Source of the DNA: Candidatus Latescibacterota bacterium
GTDB taxonomy: Bacteria; Latescibacterota; UBA2968; UBA8231
Direction of reading: 5' to 3'
DNA length: 64,000 bases
NCBI GenBank assembly: GCA_965223905.1
Contig: CBDCXV010000010.1
Coordinates: 1,088,001-1,152,000 of the forward strand
The translations under genes were made by a program, and so were the position numbers. The stretch's first letter is position 1, and each line of letters begins with the position of its first letter. Of this stretch, positions 38,269-47,929 are shown one piece after another. The notes beneath the pieces were generated by a model. It made no database searches and was not told where the DNA came from. It saw nothing but the letters and a program-made list of their open reading frames with translations.

Positions 38269-40956
38269 CTACTCAAGGCCGGCGAACACGGTGATGAAGC
38301 TCTGAGTAAGCGTCAGCGGAGCCCGCCCCCTCGGATCCCGGCGATCGATCTTCAGACCAAATTGGGTGATGAACTTGTACCCGAGGTAATCGGAGGCATT
38401 GGTGAACTGGCTGGCCGCGGCCACACCGTTGAAATCGTTGTCGTCCCTGATCAGATCATTCAGGAAGGTCAGTTCCAGTCCCGCCTGAAACGTAGTATGG
38501 CTCAACATGGGCAGCGCCAGGATCACGCCGCCGATTTCGGCCAGCTCCTCTCTTTTGTCAGTCGAGGCGAGATCGAGGGTCTGTTTTCGGTATTCGCTTT
38601 TCCAGCGGGGCTCGATCCACAGCCGGCCCAATTCGAAGCGATAGCTGGCTTTGTTGATCACGCCGAAGAAGTAATCGCGCTTGTTCAGATCCAGGACGTC
38701 GCGCTCACTCTGGTTCAGGCGCTGATGATAGAACTCCCATTTGAGAGAATTGACAGTACTCAAGCCGGCGTACTGATAATCGTGGCCGATCCAGAGAGAA
38801 TTCACCCAGGTATCCGGCGCTATCAGAGGATCGATGATTTTCGTCGCCTGCCCCAGGTGGACATCGACGTTTGGCAGAAATTGCAGGAGGTCGTTGGGGA
38901 TATCGTCCTTCACCGATTTCAACATGTCGAATAGCCTGAACCGACCGTAGCGGGGAAGGCTCCGGTCAACGGTGAGGAGAAGGTAGCTGATGTCATTTTT
39001 CTGGTCGGTGGAAATGAGCTCCTCACGCAGTACCCCGGCCATGAGTCGGATGCCCGGGGTCAGATGGGTCCCCCCATACACGTTGTACCCTTCGTGATCC
39101 CTGCGGTACGGAAAGTCCGGCTCCTCGTCGTTCTCGAACCGGTCCACCCAGACGTTGTTGTTGAGGTCGATGCCGAAGAGAAACTCGGGACGATCCACGT
39201 TGTGGCGCAGGAAAGCCTCGTCGTAGTCCGGCGTCAAATCGGGCAGGATGCGGTTGTCGTTCTGGTTGAAGTCCGAGATGAAATCATTGTTCTCGTCCCA
39301 GCCAGGAAAAACCGTGCGGTCACCTGCCGGATGGTCTCTGCGCTCGGTATCCGGATCCCTGTCCTGGTCGTCGTTGTCTTCCACGAATTCCACCGCGAAG
39401 ACGCGTTTATCCTCGTAATCGAAGCGGCCATCCTCGGCAGTGACGAAGGTGCGCGTGTTATAGCGGGGATCCATGCTGTAGGCTTCTCCAAAAACGAACC
39501 AGGGGTAGTCGGCTCGCGAGAGATTCACCATCCAGGCCGGAGCCGATCGCGCCCCTCTGATGCCGGACGAGAAAGAGTGATCCGCCGTGGATTTATTCGG
39601 GTATTTGGTGTAGGAATAACTCACATCGTATTCCCCGTAGAAGTCAAAGCCCTTCACCTGCCCTAGCTCCAGGGATATGCCCCAGATCTGTGTCGCTGTG
39701 GGCAGGCCGTACTCGAACTCCACGATCTGTAGATTGGTGTTGTCCTGAACGTTGCCCTCCGCCTGGGCGACCAGCAGCAGGACGGGCTCGTTGGTTCGAT
39801 TCAGCTGCTTGCTTGAGGTGACCCAGACCTGGTAGTCATTCCCCAGGACGAGTCGAAATGCGACCTTCTTGATTTCTTCCTTCGGCCTGCTGGCCCGGGT
39901 GGCAAAACTCGGGCCGTTGAAGTCGTACCGGAGGCGGATCTCTTCGGTGCCGTCGGCCGACAGGTGCCCCTCCTGTTCGAAACCACCTTCGATGATGGGT
40001 CCGAAGCGGATCCTTTTGCCCTCGTCTACGGTACCGTCCAGGTAGGTGATGATGATGTCCGATCCGGCCTGAAAGAAGGTGGCGCCACCGGCTCTGTCAT
40101 CGGGGGAATCATCCCTCAGCACGATCTCGATGAAATCGATGAATTCGTTCTGGTCAATCGTCAATTCCCCTGTAATAGGGTTGCCGGCAAACCCGGCGAT
40201 CAGCGTGTTGGAGTGGTGCGCATTGACGGACGTGAGCCCCAGTGTGGCAAAGTCTCCGACCTGAGCCGTGACCCGCCCACCGATCAGAGCGGTGGTATTC
40301 GTGACGAGTCGTTCGCCCCCGGTGGCCTCCCCCCCGGGCGAACTGAGCCGTGAGTATATGACCGTGGCCTGATATTTGTCGACAGCGTAGTCGAACTGCA
40401 CTCCGTCCCAAGCGGGTTTGGAGAAGGTCATCGGGGTGAGGGTGGTGCGCAGCTCATTGCCGATCGTCATGGCGTAATAGTGTTGCCCCTTGGTGTCTGT
40501 GGAGAGGAGGAGGCCGCTGAACCAGTTCTGGAAATTGGTTGACTTGAGCACAGAGCTGCCGAACTGCTCGGGCTGCCTCTGAGAATTGTTGAAGATCAGC
40601 CAACCCCGGGTGACGAAATTGCCGTAGAGATCGTAGAAGTAGTCGCCCTCGAGCGCCGAGTCCACGTATCTCTGGTAGGGGCTTCTGGCGTAGTTTGAGT
40701 ATTCCCACTGACGCCACCGGTATTCATTATAAAGCTCTTGGGGGATGTACCATTTCTTCACCGCTGGATCCAGGGCCCCGAACAGGACGCCCGGACCCTG
40801 CGGCTCATACGATAGTTCCCCACCCCGTTTCACCGAACCCAGGCGGGCACCGTAGTCCTGAGCCGATAGCTGCGCGGAGGCCAGCACGAAACTGCCCGTG
40901 ACACATACCAGGAGATGGACATATCTGCTCACGGCACGCCTCCTCTGTTCAACCAA
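38269..40956 (-). CDS. Large exported protein, probable outer-membrane beta-barrel with Asp/Asn-rich Ca-binding loops
   Basis: Signal peptide; alternating beta-strand patterns; DNDDQDRDPD, DENNDFISD and DLNNN motifs; ends SFITVFAGLE. Confidence 0.6.
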   Translation of the reverse strand: MVEQRRRAVSRYVHLLVCVTGSFVLASAQLSAQDYGARLGSVKRGGELSYEPQGPGVLFGALDPAVKKWYIPQELYNEYRWRQWEYSNYARSPYQRYVDSALEGDYFYDLYGNFVTRGWLIFNNSQRQPEQFGSSVLKSTNFQNWFSGLLLSTDTKGQHYYAMTIGNELRTTLTPMTFSKPAWDGVQFDYAVDKYQATVIYSRLSSPGGEATGGERLVTNTTALIGGRVTAQVGDFATLGLTSVNAHHSNTLIAGFAGNPITGELTIDQNEFIDFIEIVLRDDSPDDRAGGATFFQAGSDIIITYLDGTVDEGKRIRFGPIIEGGFEQEGHLSADGTEEIRLRYDFNGPSFATRASRPKEEIKKVAFRLVLGNDYQVWVTSSKQLNRTNEPVLLLVAQAEGNVQDNTNLQIVEFEYGLPTATQIWGISLELGQVKGFDFYGEYDVSYSYTKYPNKSTADHSFSSGIRGARSAPAWMVNLSRADYPWFVFGEAYSMDPRYNTRTFVTAEDGRFDYEDKRVFAVEFVEDNDDQDRDPDTERRDHPAGDRTVFPGWDENNDFISDFNQNDNRILPDLTPDYDEAFLRHNVDRPEFLFGIDLNNNVWVDRFENDEEPDFPYRRDHEGYNVYGGTHLTPGIRLMAGVLREELISTDQKNDISYLLLTVDRSLPRYGRFRLFDMLKSVKDDIPNDLLQFLPNVDVHLGQATKIIDPLIAPDTWVNSLWIGHDYQYAGLSTVNSLKWEFYHQRLNQSERDVLDLNKRDYFFGVINKASYRFELGRLWIEPRWKSEYRKQTLDLASTDKREELAEIGGVILALPMLSHTTFQAGLELTFLNDLIRDDNDFNGVAAASQFTNASDYLGYKFITQFGLKIDRRDPRGRAPLTLTQSFITVFAGLE

Positions 40957-40979
40957 CCACGGTCGCCAGTGACCGTCGT

Positions 40980-43900
40980 CTAGTAAGCCACGGCGATTGA
41001 CCGCAGCAACGTGATATCACCAGAGTCGGTCTCCAGTCTTATCTGGCAGATGTAGATGCCGGGCAGCACTTTTTGCCCGCTTGTATCGGTGCCGTCCCAT
41101 GGCATGACCGCTCGTCCACTGCTGACCATCTGCGACCTTTCGTACACCCGGCTGCCATCGAGCTGGTAGATTCGCATCTCGACCCGGCGCCTGGCACTGA
41201 TATCGAGGATGCTCATGTGGACGAGGGTTTCGTCATTGATACCGTCACTGTTGGGCGAGAACGGGTTGGGGGCAATCTCGGACACCTCGATAGCCTTGGT
41301 CTCGAGCGGCAGACCGATGGAGAGCGTATTCCCTTCGCGCAGCTTCGAGGCATCACCGGCTTCGACGTCCTGCCAGAGGGCTGTCGGGTCGGCACCTCCT
41401 GCCGCGTTGCGGACGGCGACGGCGAGGGTGGTGCCGTTCCTGAAGACGGGGGCTGCAAAGCGCACCCGTATCTCAGGGCCTGCGCCGACAACGGTGCCCT
41501 GCTTGTCCCCGGTCAGCCGTCTGTGTCCTGTCGCATCTAGCGAATCACCTTCGACGCCAAAGGGGAACTGCGGCCCGTCGCCGAGCAACACCCGGAAATA
41601 CCGTATGGGCCCCCTCTCTTCTTCCTCCAGCTCGCCCCAGATTAACTGGGGGACCTTATCTCCGACTGAGTCGATTTTCGTCAACCGAATCCTGCCGCCG
41701 GTAATGATCTGGCGAAAGTACAGGATTTTTCCCTGCTCTTCCTCTTCGAGCCCTCCATAGGCTATTGCCGAGAGCGGCAGACCTTCATGGTCCACGGGAA
41801 CCTGGTCGCCGGCAACCGTGACCGCGTTGTATGTCCTCTTGGCCTCGCTCGTGGGGAGTATGTTGACGGTTGAAGAAAATCGCACTCGGATGGAATCGGT
41901 GGAGCTTGTCACTACCTGTAGCTCCTTGCCTTCATCGTCCACGAAGATGCCATCGACCCCGGAGGGGTGGAATTCCTGTTTCGCTGCGCCGGTTTGGGAG
42001 TCGACACCCACGTCGATCCCGAGCAGGTCAACGGGTACTCCCGACGGCATGACCAGCCGCATTTCATCGAAGCCCTTGCTTCGAGATCCCACCGGCCGTT
42101 CGACGAAATGGGTCAGGATGAAGGCCTCGAAGGTGTCCACCCGCCCCGCAACCGCAACCTGCGTCGGCCACAGCTCAGCGAGAAGGTCTTCGCCCACCAA
42201 CTCCGTGAGTCCTATGTCGATGGAGCTGATCGACGCTGCCGCCTCGCGGGCTCGGCTTTTCAGCTTGACCTGGAGCTGGAGAAACTTCCTTCCCCCGGGC
42301 GAGGTGACGGGCACCCCCGGATGCTCATAGTTGCGACTCCAGGCGCTCCAGCCGACGGTGGGTACGAAGGTCGTGTCGGACGTCCGCCAGGAATTGAGCA
42401 GACGATTCCATGTGGCAAGGTCGATCTCGTGGCCGGTATTCTTGTTGTAATAGCGAATTTCCTTCCCGAGAATGTCGCCCGTGCGAGTCTGGACCTCCAG
42501 ATCAGTTCCAGACGGGGTATCGCCGACCCATGAAATGCGGGCTGGAGTGCTCCCGGAGGGAATCTCGATCAAGTCCGAGGTCAATACCGCCTCGGCGACA
42601 TGTCCTCGCGAAAAGAGCCCGTATTCAGCGATGCAGGCACTGGTGTTCGCGAGGTTTTGCAGATCCTTCGTAGTGAAGATTGTCATCTCCAGAAACCGCA
42701 ACTGCCGGGGGGGATCGTACACGTCCATGAGTTGCTTGTAATTGTTCACCGAGTTTTCTGTGCGTTCCGGAGGACTGAGGGGTTCCCAATTGAACCCTCC
42801 GGTCGCGTCGCGGCTGCCGTCTGAGCTGCGGTGTATGTATCCGTCGAAGTCCTGGCACGCGCGACCGAGAATATCCACTGCCGATACACGGACGATGTCC
42901 AGCCAGAAGGTGGCACCGAGGTCGACCGTCAAAATCCCGGCAGGGGCCCCCGGAATCGGGATTTCGTGATCGTAGAAGGTGCTGAAGTCTCCGTCGAAGG
43001 CGAGGGGCGGAGGATTCAAAACGGACGGCACGAGGAGACTGAAATTGCCGCCACCTTCTAGAAGATTCGGGCTGATGTTGTCCCCGAAACCCCACACCTC
43101 GAGGTCGGCCAGGCGGGGGCGCTCGTGACGGTAGTAGACTTTGCTCCCCTGCCGTGCCGCCGGCAATCGGTCGTATTCGTCCTTTTCAATCGGTTCCTCG
43201 ACCCCTTCCGAATCCTTGACAAAATGGAGGACATCGCCTCGATCCCCACTGTCCAGAGCGGTCCATTCCGCCTCGGAAATCTCCGTGTGCCTGCCGCCCC
43301 TGGTGTCGGTCACCACGATCCGGATGGTTTCGACCATTCTGCCCGTCCACCCTGGGGCTGCTTCCAGATTGTCCTGCAGCGGAACCGAGAAAGTCCGGAG
43401 CGCGTTGGGCTTGTCCGTACCCCCCACAACCCGCAACTGCAGCTGCAGTGCATTCTGCGTGACCGGCTCCTGATGGAAAGAAGTCAAGACCTTGAACTGA
43501 CGGAACGGATCGCCCTCCCCCTCGTCTGCGAATTTGAGAACCAGCGAATCCACGGGCACGGTCCGACCGAGGTCCACTTCGATCCACCATCGCTCGATCG
43601 GGTCATCGGAATCCGGCTCCCAGCATGTCGCCTGGATGCCGTCGAGGATATTCGCGGCTGAGTCCGGGTTCGAGCCCACGCGACTGATGCCAGGTTTGAC
43701 GAAATACTCGTAGACGGGCACTTCCCGACCCCCTTTTTTCTGCGTCAGGATCTCGCCCAGCGGGTCGCGCTTCACCGTGCTGTCGATGTTGGGGATGGCA
43801 ATGTCGTCGTTCTGGCGTCTCAGGTCCGGGAGCTTCCGACGGAATGTATTGAGATCGTCGAGGACGTTGTATCGATCCCGGAAGCGCCACGGTTTGACTC

Positions 43901-44135
43901 CCCCGGCAGTCACATCGAGGGCGTGAGTGGGCAGCTTCCAGTTGTGCCAGTGCCCTCTCCCCGCGCTGACGATCACCCGGTCTTCGCCCAGGACCAGGTG
44001 CCCTTTGTTGCTCTGGGGGTGAACGGATTGCGGGGCACCTAGAAACAAGGCCAGTCCCAAGACATGGATGAGTGAGACCGGGACACGGCTTGGCCCGGCG
44101 CCCGTGGCGAGCGCGCAGCTGACAGGCTGCCTCAT
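40980..44135 (-). CDS. Secreted protein with two discoidin-like domains and C-terminal FlgD-Ig/T9SS-type domain (paralog 2)
   Basis: AGGAGG RBS 5 nt before ATG 44135; WIEVDLG and TVDLG motifs; PNPFSPNSDGIND...WDGTD...GIYICQI...AVAY. Confidence 0.82.
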   Translation of the reverse strand: MRQPVSCALATGAGPSRVPVSLIHVLGLALFLGAPQSVHPQSNKGHLVLGEDRVIVSAGRGHWHNWKLPTHALDVTAGGVKPWRFRDRYNVLDDLNTFRRKLPDLRRQNDDIAIPNIDSTVKRDPLGEILTQKKGGREVPVYEYFVKPGISRVGSNPDSAANILDGIQATCWEPDSDDPIERWWIEVDLGRTVPVDSLVLKFADEGEGDPFRQFKVLTSFHQEPVTQNALQLQLRVVGGTDKPNALRTFSVPLQDNLEAAPGWTGRMVETIRIVVTDTRGGRHTEISEAEWTALDSGDRGDVLHFVKDSEGVEEPIEKDEYDRLPAARQGSKVYYRHERPRLADLEVWGFGDNISPNLLEGGGNFSLLVPSVLNPPPLAFDGDFSTFYDHEIPIPGAPAGILTVDLGATFWLDIVRVSAVDILGRACQDFDGYIHRSSDGSRDATGGFNWEPLSPPERTENSVNNYKQLMDVYDPPRQLRFLEMTIFTTKDLQNLANTSACIAEYGLFSRGHVAEAVLTSDLIEIPSGSTPARISWVGDTPSGTDLEVQTRTGDILGKEIRYYNKNTGHEIDLATWNRLLNSWRTSDTTFVPTVGWSAWSRNYEHPGVPVTSPGGRKFLQLQVKLKSRAREAAASISSIDIGLTELVGEDLLAELWPTQVAVAGRVDTFEAFILTHFVERPVGSRSKGFDEMRLVMPSGVPVDLLGIDVGVDSQTGAAKQEFHPSGVDGIFVDDEGKELQVVTSSTDSIRVRFSSTVNILPTSEAKRTYNAVTVAGDQVPVDHEGLPLSAIAYGGLEEEEQGKILYFRQIITGGRIRLTKIDSVGDKVPQLIWGELEEEERGPIRYFRVLLGDGPQFPFGVEGDSLDATGHRRLTGDKQGTVVGAGPEIRVRFAAPVFRNGTTLAVAVRNAAGGADPTALWQDVEAGDASKLREGNTLSIGLPLETKAIEVSEIAPNPFSPNSDGINDETLVHMSILDISARRRVEMRIYQLDGSRVYERSQMVSSGRAVMPWDGTDTSGQKVLPGIYICQIRLETDSGDITLLRSIAVAY

Positions 44136-44146
44136 GTGTGCCTCCT

Positions 44147-46072
44147 GTGCGCCGGTCACACCGGCGAGGTGTTAGAGGTGAAAGTCCTTTGTGTTGAAGG
44201 TGTAGCGAACCACGACAGCCCCGAGTCATGCGTGTGCGCCGGTAACGGCGCAGGCGAAGCGTTGGCAGGGGGGAGCGTAGGTCCGGTATGGAGCCGCGAA
44301 AGAAATGAATCCCTTTCGGGTGGCCGACCCGTTAGGAGGCGAGGGAAGGCCCCATCGGTGGGCGCGATATCGCCAGCGTCCATCGGACCCGGCGCGGTCA
44401 GAGGCCCGGCGCAGGCGCCCAGGCACCTCGTACGGGAACCGGGAGGTCCGGCGGTTGGCCCGGGGGGATGGTCCCCGGGTCCGCATCGGGAACCCGAAAG
44501 GGGCACGCCGATGACGCACGACCGCCGGAAGTCGGACAGCCCCATACAACCGGGGAACCCCGCGCACAAGGGGGGTCAGTCCGCTGCGCCCCCGGCGGAG
44601 CGGGGGGAGGGAAGGGGGCTGGGCAAGGGGAACGCGAGCGAGCACCCCAGGTCCCGGGCGCAGATCCGGACCGACCTGCACCAGGCGCTCGAACGCGTAC
44701 GACAAGCAGCGGTTCGAGACAGGGAGTTGCCGTTCACGACGCTGTGGCATCACGTCTAGACCATCGAGCGCCTCCGGGAGGCCTACCTCGGCCTCAAGCG
44801 GCAGGCCGCACCGGGGGTCGATCGCATGACGTGGAGCGAGTACGGGCAGGGGTTGGAAGCACGTCTTCAGGACCTGTCGGCCCGGCTCAAGCGCGGCGCG
44901 TATCGAGCCAAACCGGTCAAACGGACGTACATCCCGAAAGGAGACGGAGGCAGGAGACCGCTGGGCCTTGCGGCGCTGGAGGACAAGATCGTCCAGAAGG
45001 CGACCGTGGAGGTGCTCAATGCGGTCTACGAAGTCGATTTTCTGGGATTCTCGTATGGGTATCGACCGGGGCGCAGCCCGCACAGGGCGCTGGATGCGTT
45101 GGCGGTGGGGATCCAACACCGCAAAGTGAACTGGGTACTCGACGCGGACATCCGTGGGTTCTTCGACACCATCGACCACGAAGGGCTGATGAGGTTCGTC
45201 GAGCACCGTGTGCGGGACCGACGCGTGGTGCGCCACCTCAGGAAGTGGCTCAACGCGGGGGTCCTGGAAGAGGGCAGACGTATCGACGCAGAGGCAGGGA
45301 TGCCCCAGGGGGCCAGCATTTCGCCCCTGTTGGCAAACATCTACCTGCACTACGTCTTCGACCTGTGGGCGCAACGATGGCGAAAGCGACGCGCGCAAGG
45401 GGAGGTACTCCTGGTGCGCTACGCGGACGACCTCGTGGCCCGCTTTCAACACCGAGCCGACGCCGAGGCGTTCGGCGCCGACCTGGCCGCGCGGCTGGCG
45501 AGGTTTTCCCTGCAGCTGCACCCGGACAAGACGCGACGGATCGAGTTCGGGCGCTTTGCCGCGGAAAACCGGCGCCGACGGGGCGAAGGGAAACCCGAAA
45601 CGTTCGATTTTCTCGGGTTTACCCACAGCTGCGACCAGACGCGCCGGGGCAAGTTCATCGTCCTGAGACAGACGGCCAAGGAGCGGATGCGGCGAAAGCT
45701 CAAAGAGGTCAAGGCGATCCTCCAACGGCGGATGCATGACCCCGTAGCCGAAGTGGCGTGCTACCTCCGCCGCGTGATCACCGGGCACCTGAACTATATG
45801 GCGTGCCCCGGAATGGTCCGGCGCTGTGCGCGTTCATCAAGGGCATCGCCATCCATTGGTAGCGGGCCCTCAAGCGACGGAGCCACAAAACCAGGGTCAC
45901 GGGGCGGCGCATGAAGGATCTCTGGTACCAACTGTTGCCTCCTCCGCGCATCACTCACCCCTATCCCGAACAGCGCTTTGCCGTCATGACCCGAGGCAGG
46001 AGCCCAGTGCGGTAACTCCGCTCGTTGGGATCTGTGGAGGGGGTGGTCAGTAATGGTCATTCCTACTCCGAC
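44147..46072 (+). mobile_element. Group II intron (probably bacterial class E-like), inserted antisense to the operon
   Basis: 5' GTGCG at 44147; RT ORF in DIV; domain V GAGCCCAGTGCGGTAACTCCGCTCGTTGGGATC; domain VI ending CCTACTCCGAC at 46072. Confidence 0.92.
44511..46015 (+). pseudogene. ltrA: Group II intron reverse transcriptase/maturase, disrupted, no endonuclease domain
   Basis: VLDADIRGFFD, PQGASISPLLAN, VRYADD and FDFLGF motifs. TAG at 44757, a 1-nt frameshift near 45797 and TAG at 45860. Confidence 0.9.
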
Positions 46073-46092
46073 GCGGAACTGCTGACGTGGCG

Positions 46093-47745
46093 TCAACCTT
46101 CCAAAAGACTTTCGGGCAGTGCTTCGGCAAGACGGGACTCGAACACCCTGACCTCGGCGGCGTATTTGTCGCGCAGCTGTCCCAGCAACTCCTCGAAGCC
46201 TTCCTTTGCTTTTTGCACCAGCAGCAGCTGCGTGGCCTGTTGCTTCACCGTTGCATACGGTTGCTGCGTCTGTGGCTCCTTGCGCAGCACGGTGAATATC
46301 GACCATCCCCCCTTCACTTCGACGGGACCGACGATCTCCCCCTCAGGTGCTGCCATGATGGCCGCCAAGAGCCTGGGATATATGATCCTTTCGCGATTAT
46401 GAAAGTGAAATTGGCCCGTGGACTCCCGGGCCCCCTCCCTCAAGCTGCTGATCGTGAAGTCCTCCCAGGGCTCTCCCGCTACCAGCCGCCGATGCACCTC
46501 CTCCGCCTCGTCCCTGGTGGAGGACAGCACCTCCTTGATATAGACCGAAAGCTCGGTCATGAACAATTCGGGGTGGCTGTCGTAATACTCCCTCACTTGC
46601 TCCTCGGATAGGCTTACGCGTTCGGGCACGGCGGACTTCCTCATCGCTTCGAGCAGGGTTTGCTCCACGGTTTGCTCCTCGAACTCGCGGACGTCAAGTC
46701 TGTCGTACAACCCGGCCTGCCGGGCGGCCGCGTCGAACAGGGCGGGACGGAGGACCAACTCCTCGAGGGTGGAGACGGTCTTTGCGCTGTCCGCCAGCTG
46801 TTGGAAATGGTCCGGCCGCCCCATGACTTCGTAGGCCTCGGCGACCGTTATCTCGCCACCCTCGAATCCGTACAGTACGACCCCGCTCTTTTCCGCTGCA
46901 GCGGTCTCCTTGTCGCGATAGGCCTCCCGGAGTTCGGTCAATCCCTCCGGATGAAGCCTGACCCGAAAGGACTCCCTGAGCGCTTCGAAGTGCTCCCCTG
47001 CCAGCTGGGATATTTTGCCCCCCAGGAGGTGATGCCTTGCCGCAAACCGGTACTTTTCAAACGGTACCGGGCGTTCTTGTGTGAATCGGAGGACGGACCA
47101 ATCGTTCGCTACACGCTGAGGTTTTGAGACCTCACCCAGGGGCAGAGAGACGAAGAGATCCGGTGGGATGCCGACCTTCGCTATATTGTACCGGTCCACC
47201 CACGTAAAGTGCCCTCCCGCGCTGGCGGAGCGCTCCTCCACGGAATACTCACGGGCTACTTCCTCGAAAGGACGGCCCGCCTCCAGTTCACCCACGACCT
47301 TGTCGATGTCTGCTCGAGTTTTCACCACAATCGCGGTGAACCAGCGTTCGATCTGGAAGCCGTGATGGGCGGAGAATGCGCGCAGCTCCTCCTCCGGGAC
47401 CTCGATTTTCGACAGGATCTTGTTATAGCGGTAGAGGGCCCGCACCTTCGTGTCGACCACATTCCGGACCGACTCCCGCACCGTCAAGGTCGTGTCCAGA
47501 CCACGGGATTTGGCCTCCATCAGCAACAGGCGGCCGTCTATGAGGGACTGCAGGTAGTGTCGCCGTGCTGCCTCGCCTGTTTTCTCTGTGCGCAATCCAG
47601 GCGCCAAACGGCTGACGAATTCTCGCAAGGCGGAGGGCGTAATCTCGTGCGATCCCACCACGGCCACCACGTCGTCCTGCTTCGGTTGACTGCAGCAGAC
47701 CAGCAGGCTTGTGAAAACGGCTATGGCGATCTGGACGTAAACCAT
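46093..47745 (-). CDS. PpiC/parvulin-type peptidyl-prolyl isomerase lipoprotein (SurA/PrsA-like, two PPIase domains)
   Basis: Lipoprotein-like signal ending in Cys; FEEVAREYS...GG; GEVSKP; GEIVGPVEVKGGWSIF. Confidence 0.85.
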   Translation of the reverse strand: MVYVQIAIAVFTSLLVCCSQPKQDDVVAVVGSHEITPSALREFVSRLAPGLRTEKTGEAARRHYLQSLIDGRLLLMEAKSRGLDTTLTVRESVRNVVDTKVRALYRYNKILSKIEVPEEELRAFSAHHGFQIERWFTAIVVKTRADIDKVVGELEAGRPFEEVAREYSVEERSASAGGHFTWVDRYNIAKVGIPPDLFVSLPLGEVSKPQRVANDWSVLRFTQERPVPFEKYRFAARHHLLGGKISQLAGEHFEALRESFRVRLHPEGLTELREAYRDKETAAAEKSGVVLYGFEGGEITVAEAYEVMGRPDHFQQLADSAKTVSTLEELVLRPALFDAAARQAGLYDRLDVREFEEQTVEQTLLEAMRKSAVPERVSLSEEQVREYYDSHPELFMTELSVYIKEVLSSTRDEAEEVHRRLVAGEPWEDFTISSLREGARESTGQFHFHNRERIIYPRLLAAIMAAPEGEIVGPVEVKGGWSIFTVLRKEPQTQQPYATVKQQATQLLLVQKAKEGFEELLGQLRDKYAAEVRVFESRLAEALPESLLEG

Positions 47746-47929
47746 GCTTGTGCTCTCCTCACGCGTTGCGTGAATAGGTGACTGAATGCTACCGTACGAC
47801 CACTACCTGCTTTTCCCAGCCTATCCCTTCCTTACCCACCAATTGGTGGAATCGTACTCGATATTGTACCCTCAGAACAAGATGCCAAGAGTACCGGCTT
47901 AGGTCGTCAATCCGCGAATCGTATCGCCT

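Noticed and set aside
44226-45788. 520-aa minus-strand and 423-aa alternative-frame ORFs in the intron
   Set aside because: They are shadows of the RT reading frame.
44511-46015. Retron, DGR or defence-associated RT
   Set aside because: GTGCG, domain V/VI and maturase features identify a group II intron. No msr-msd or TR/VR pair was seen.
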